A stretch of 52,279 bases of DNA from an uncultured Acidimicrobiales bacterium (lineage in GTDB: Bacteria > Actinomycetota > Acidimicrobiia > Acidimicrobiales > SHLQ01). Below, piece by piece: positions 51,884 to 52,279 of this stretch (position 1 is its first letter; every line of letters begins with the position of its first letter). The notes below the pieces were generated by a model. The model did not search any database and was not told the DNA's origin. It saw nothing but the letters and a program-made list of their open reading frames with translations. Both the position numbers and the translations under genes were made by a program. The stretch is from NCBI GenBank assembly GCA_964494395.1, contig CAZBTI010000008.1:1-52279 (forward strand), read 5' to 3'.

Positions 51884-52132
51884 CTAAGGCAATACGTCTA
51901 CAAGTTTGCGTCCGTTGCGGGAGCCGAACTTGACCTTGCCTGCTTCGGTCGCAAAGAGGGTGTCGTCGCCACCGCGGCGGACGTTGTGTCCTGGGTGGAA
52001 CTTCGTTCCACGCTGGCGGACAAGGATGCTTCCAGCGGTGACTGCGCCACCGTCGAATACCTTGACGCCGAGGCGCTGTGCGTTTGAGTCACGACCGTTC
52101 CGTGTGGAACCGCCGCCCTTAGTCTTCGACAT
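51884..52132 (-). CDS. rpmA: 50S ribosomal protein L27
   Basis: 82 aa. [52 protein letters not shown]. Confidence 0.96.
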   Translation of the reverse strand: MSKTKGGGSTRNGRDSNAQRLGVKVFDGGAVTAGSILVRQRGTKFHPGHNVRRGGDDTLFATEAGKVKFGSRNGRKLVDVLP

Positions 52133-52153
52133 GAGAGTCTCCTAGTTCGTGTT

Positions 52154-52279
52154 TCAGCCAGCCTTGATCGAGGTGACCTCGATGCGGCTGAGTTCTTGGC
52201 GATGACCCCAGCGCTTACGCTGGTTGGACTTGTTCTTGTAGGTGAACCCGTTGATCTTGGGTCCACGGGTGTTCTCGAC
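52154..52279 (-). CDS. rplU: 50S ribosomal protein L21 (C-terminal 41 codons; gene runs off the window)
   Basis: The minus-strand frame reads VENTRGPKINGFTYKNKSNQRKRWGHRQELSRIEVTSIKAG*, a typical L21 C-terminus. Lies immediately upstream of rpmA. Confidence 0.85.
   Translation of the reverse strand, partial: VENTRGPKINGFTYKNKSNQRKRWGHRQELSRIEVTSIKAG

Overview
This is a high-GC (about 60% by eye) chromosomal window from an actinobacterium (Actinomycetota); the lineage below phylum cannot be fixed from sequence alone. The backbone is a run of housekeeping genes, almost all on the minus strand: rplU(partial)-rpmA-obg-proB ... proA-like ... nadD-LytR_C protein-rsfS-tRNA-Ala ... comEA-comEC ... 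holA / rpsT / lepA ... hrcA-dnaJ-rsmE ... phoH-ybeY-corC-era. From memory, this order matches the obg-to-era region of Mycobacterium tuberculosis.

Several accessory blocks interrupt the backbone:
- An 11-gene, translationally coupled Tad/Flp pilus operon on the plus strand (5975-13484). It sits between phoH and rsmE and next to a BldD-type regulator that keeps the c-di-GMP-binding RxD-X8-RxxD motif.
- A decayed integrative-element remnant beside tRNA-Ala(GGC). It holds a 24-nt repeat in three copies, a CTGTACA operator-like array, a serine-recombinase fragment and an HTH/coiled-coil ORF.
- A same-strand cluster of MoxR AAA+ ATPase, CoxE-type VWA protein, a 6-TM protein and an orphan GyrB/ParE C-terminal half (Toprim plus tail only). 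The last two genes lie in a visibly lower-GC patch. This is my best candidate for an undescribed module.
- murJ, two tandem PspA/IM30 paralogues, and a 1116-aa secreted GH9-like protein carrying about 230 aa of RTX-type Ca-binding repeats. These are inserted between proB and the proA-like gene.

Most long ORFs antisense to these genes are high-GC shadow ORFs and are not reported. Gene starts are inferred by eye from homology, overlaps and RBS, and may be off by a few codons.
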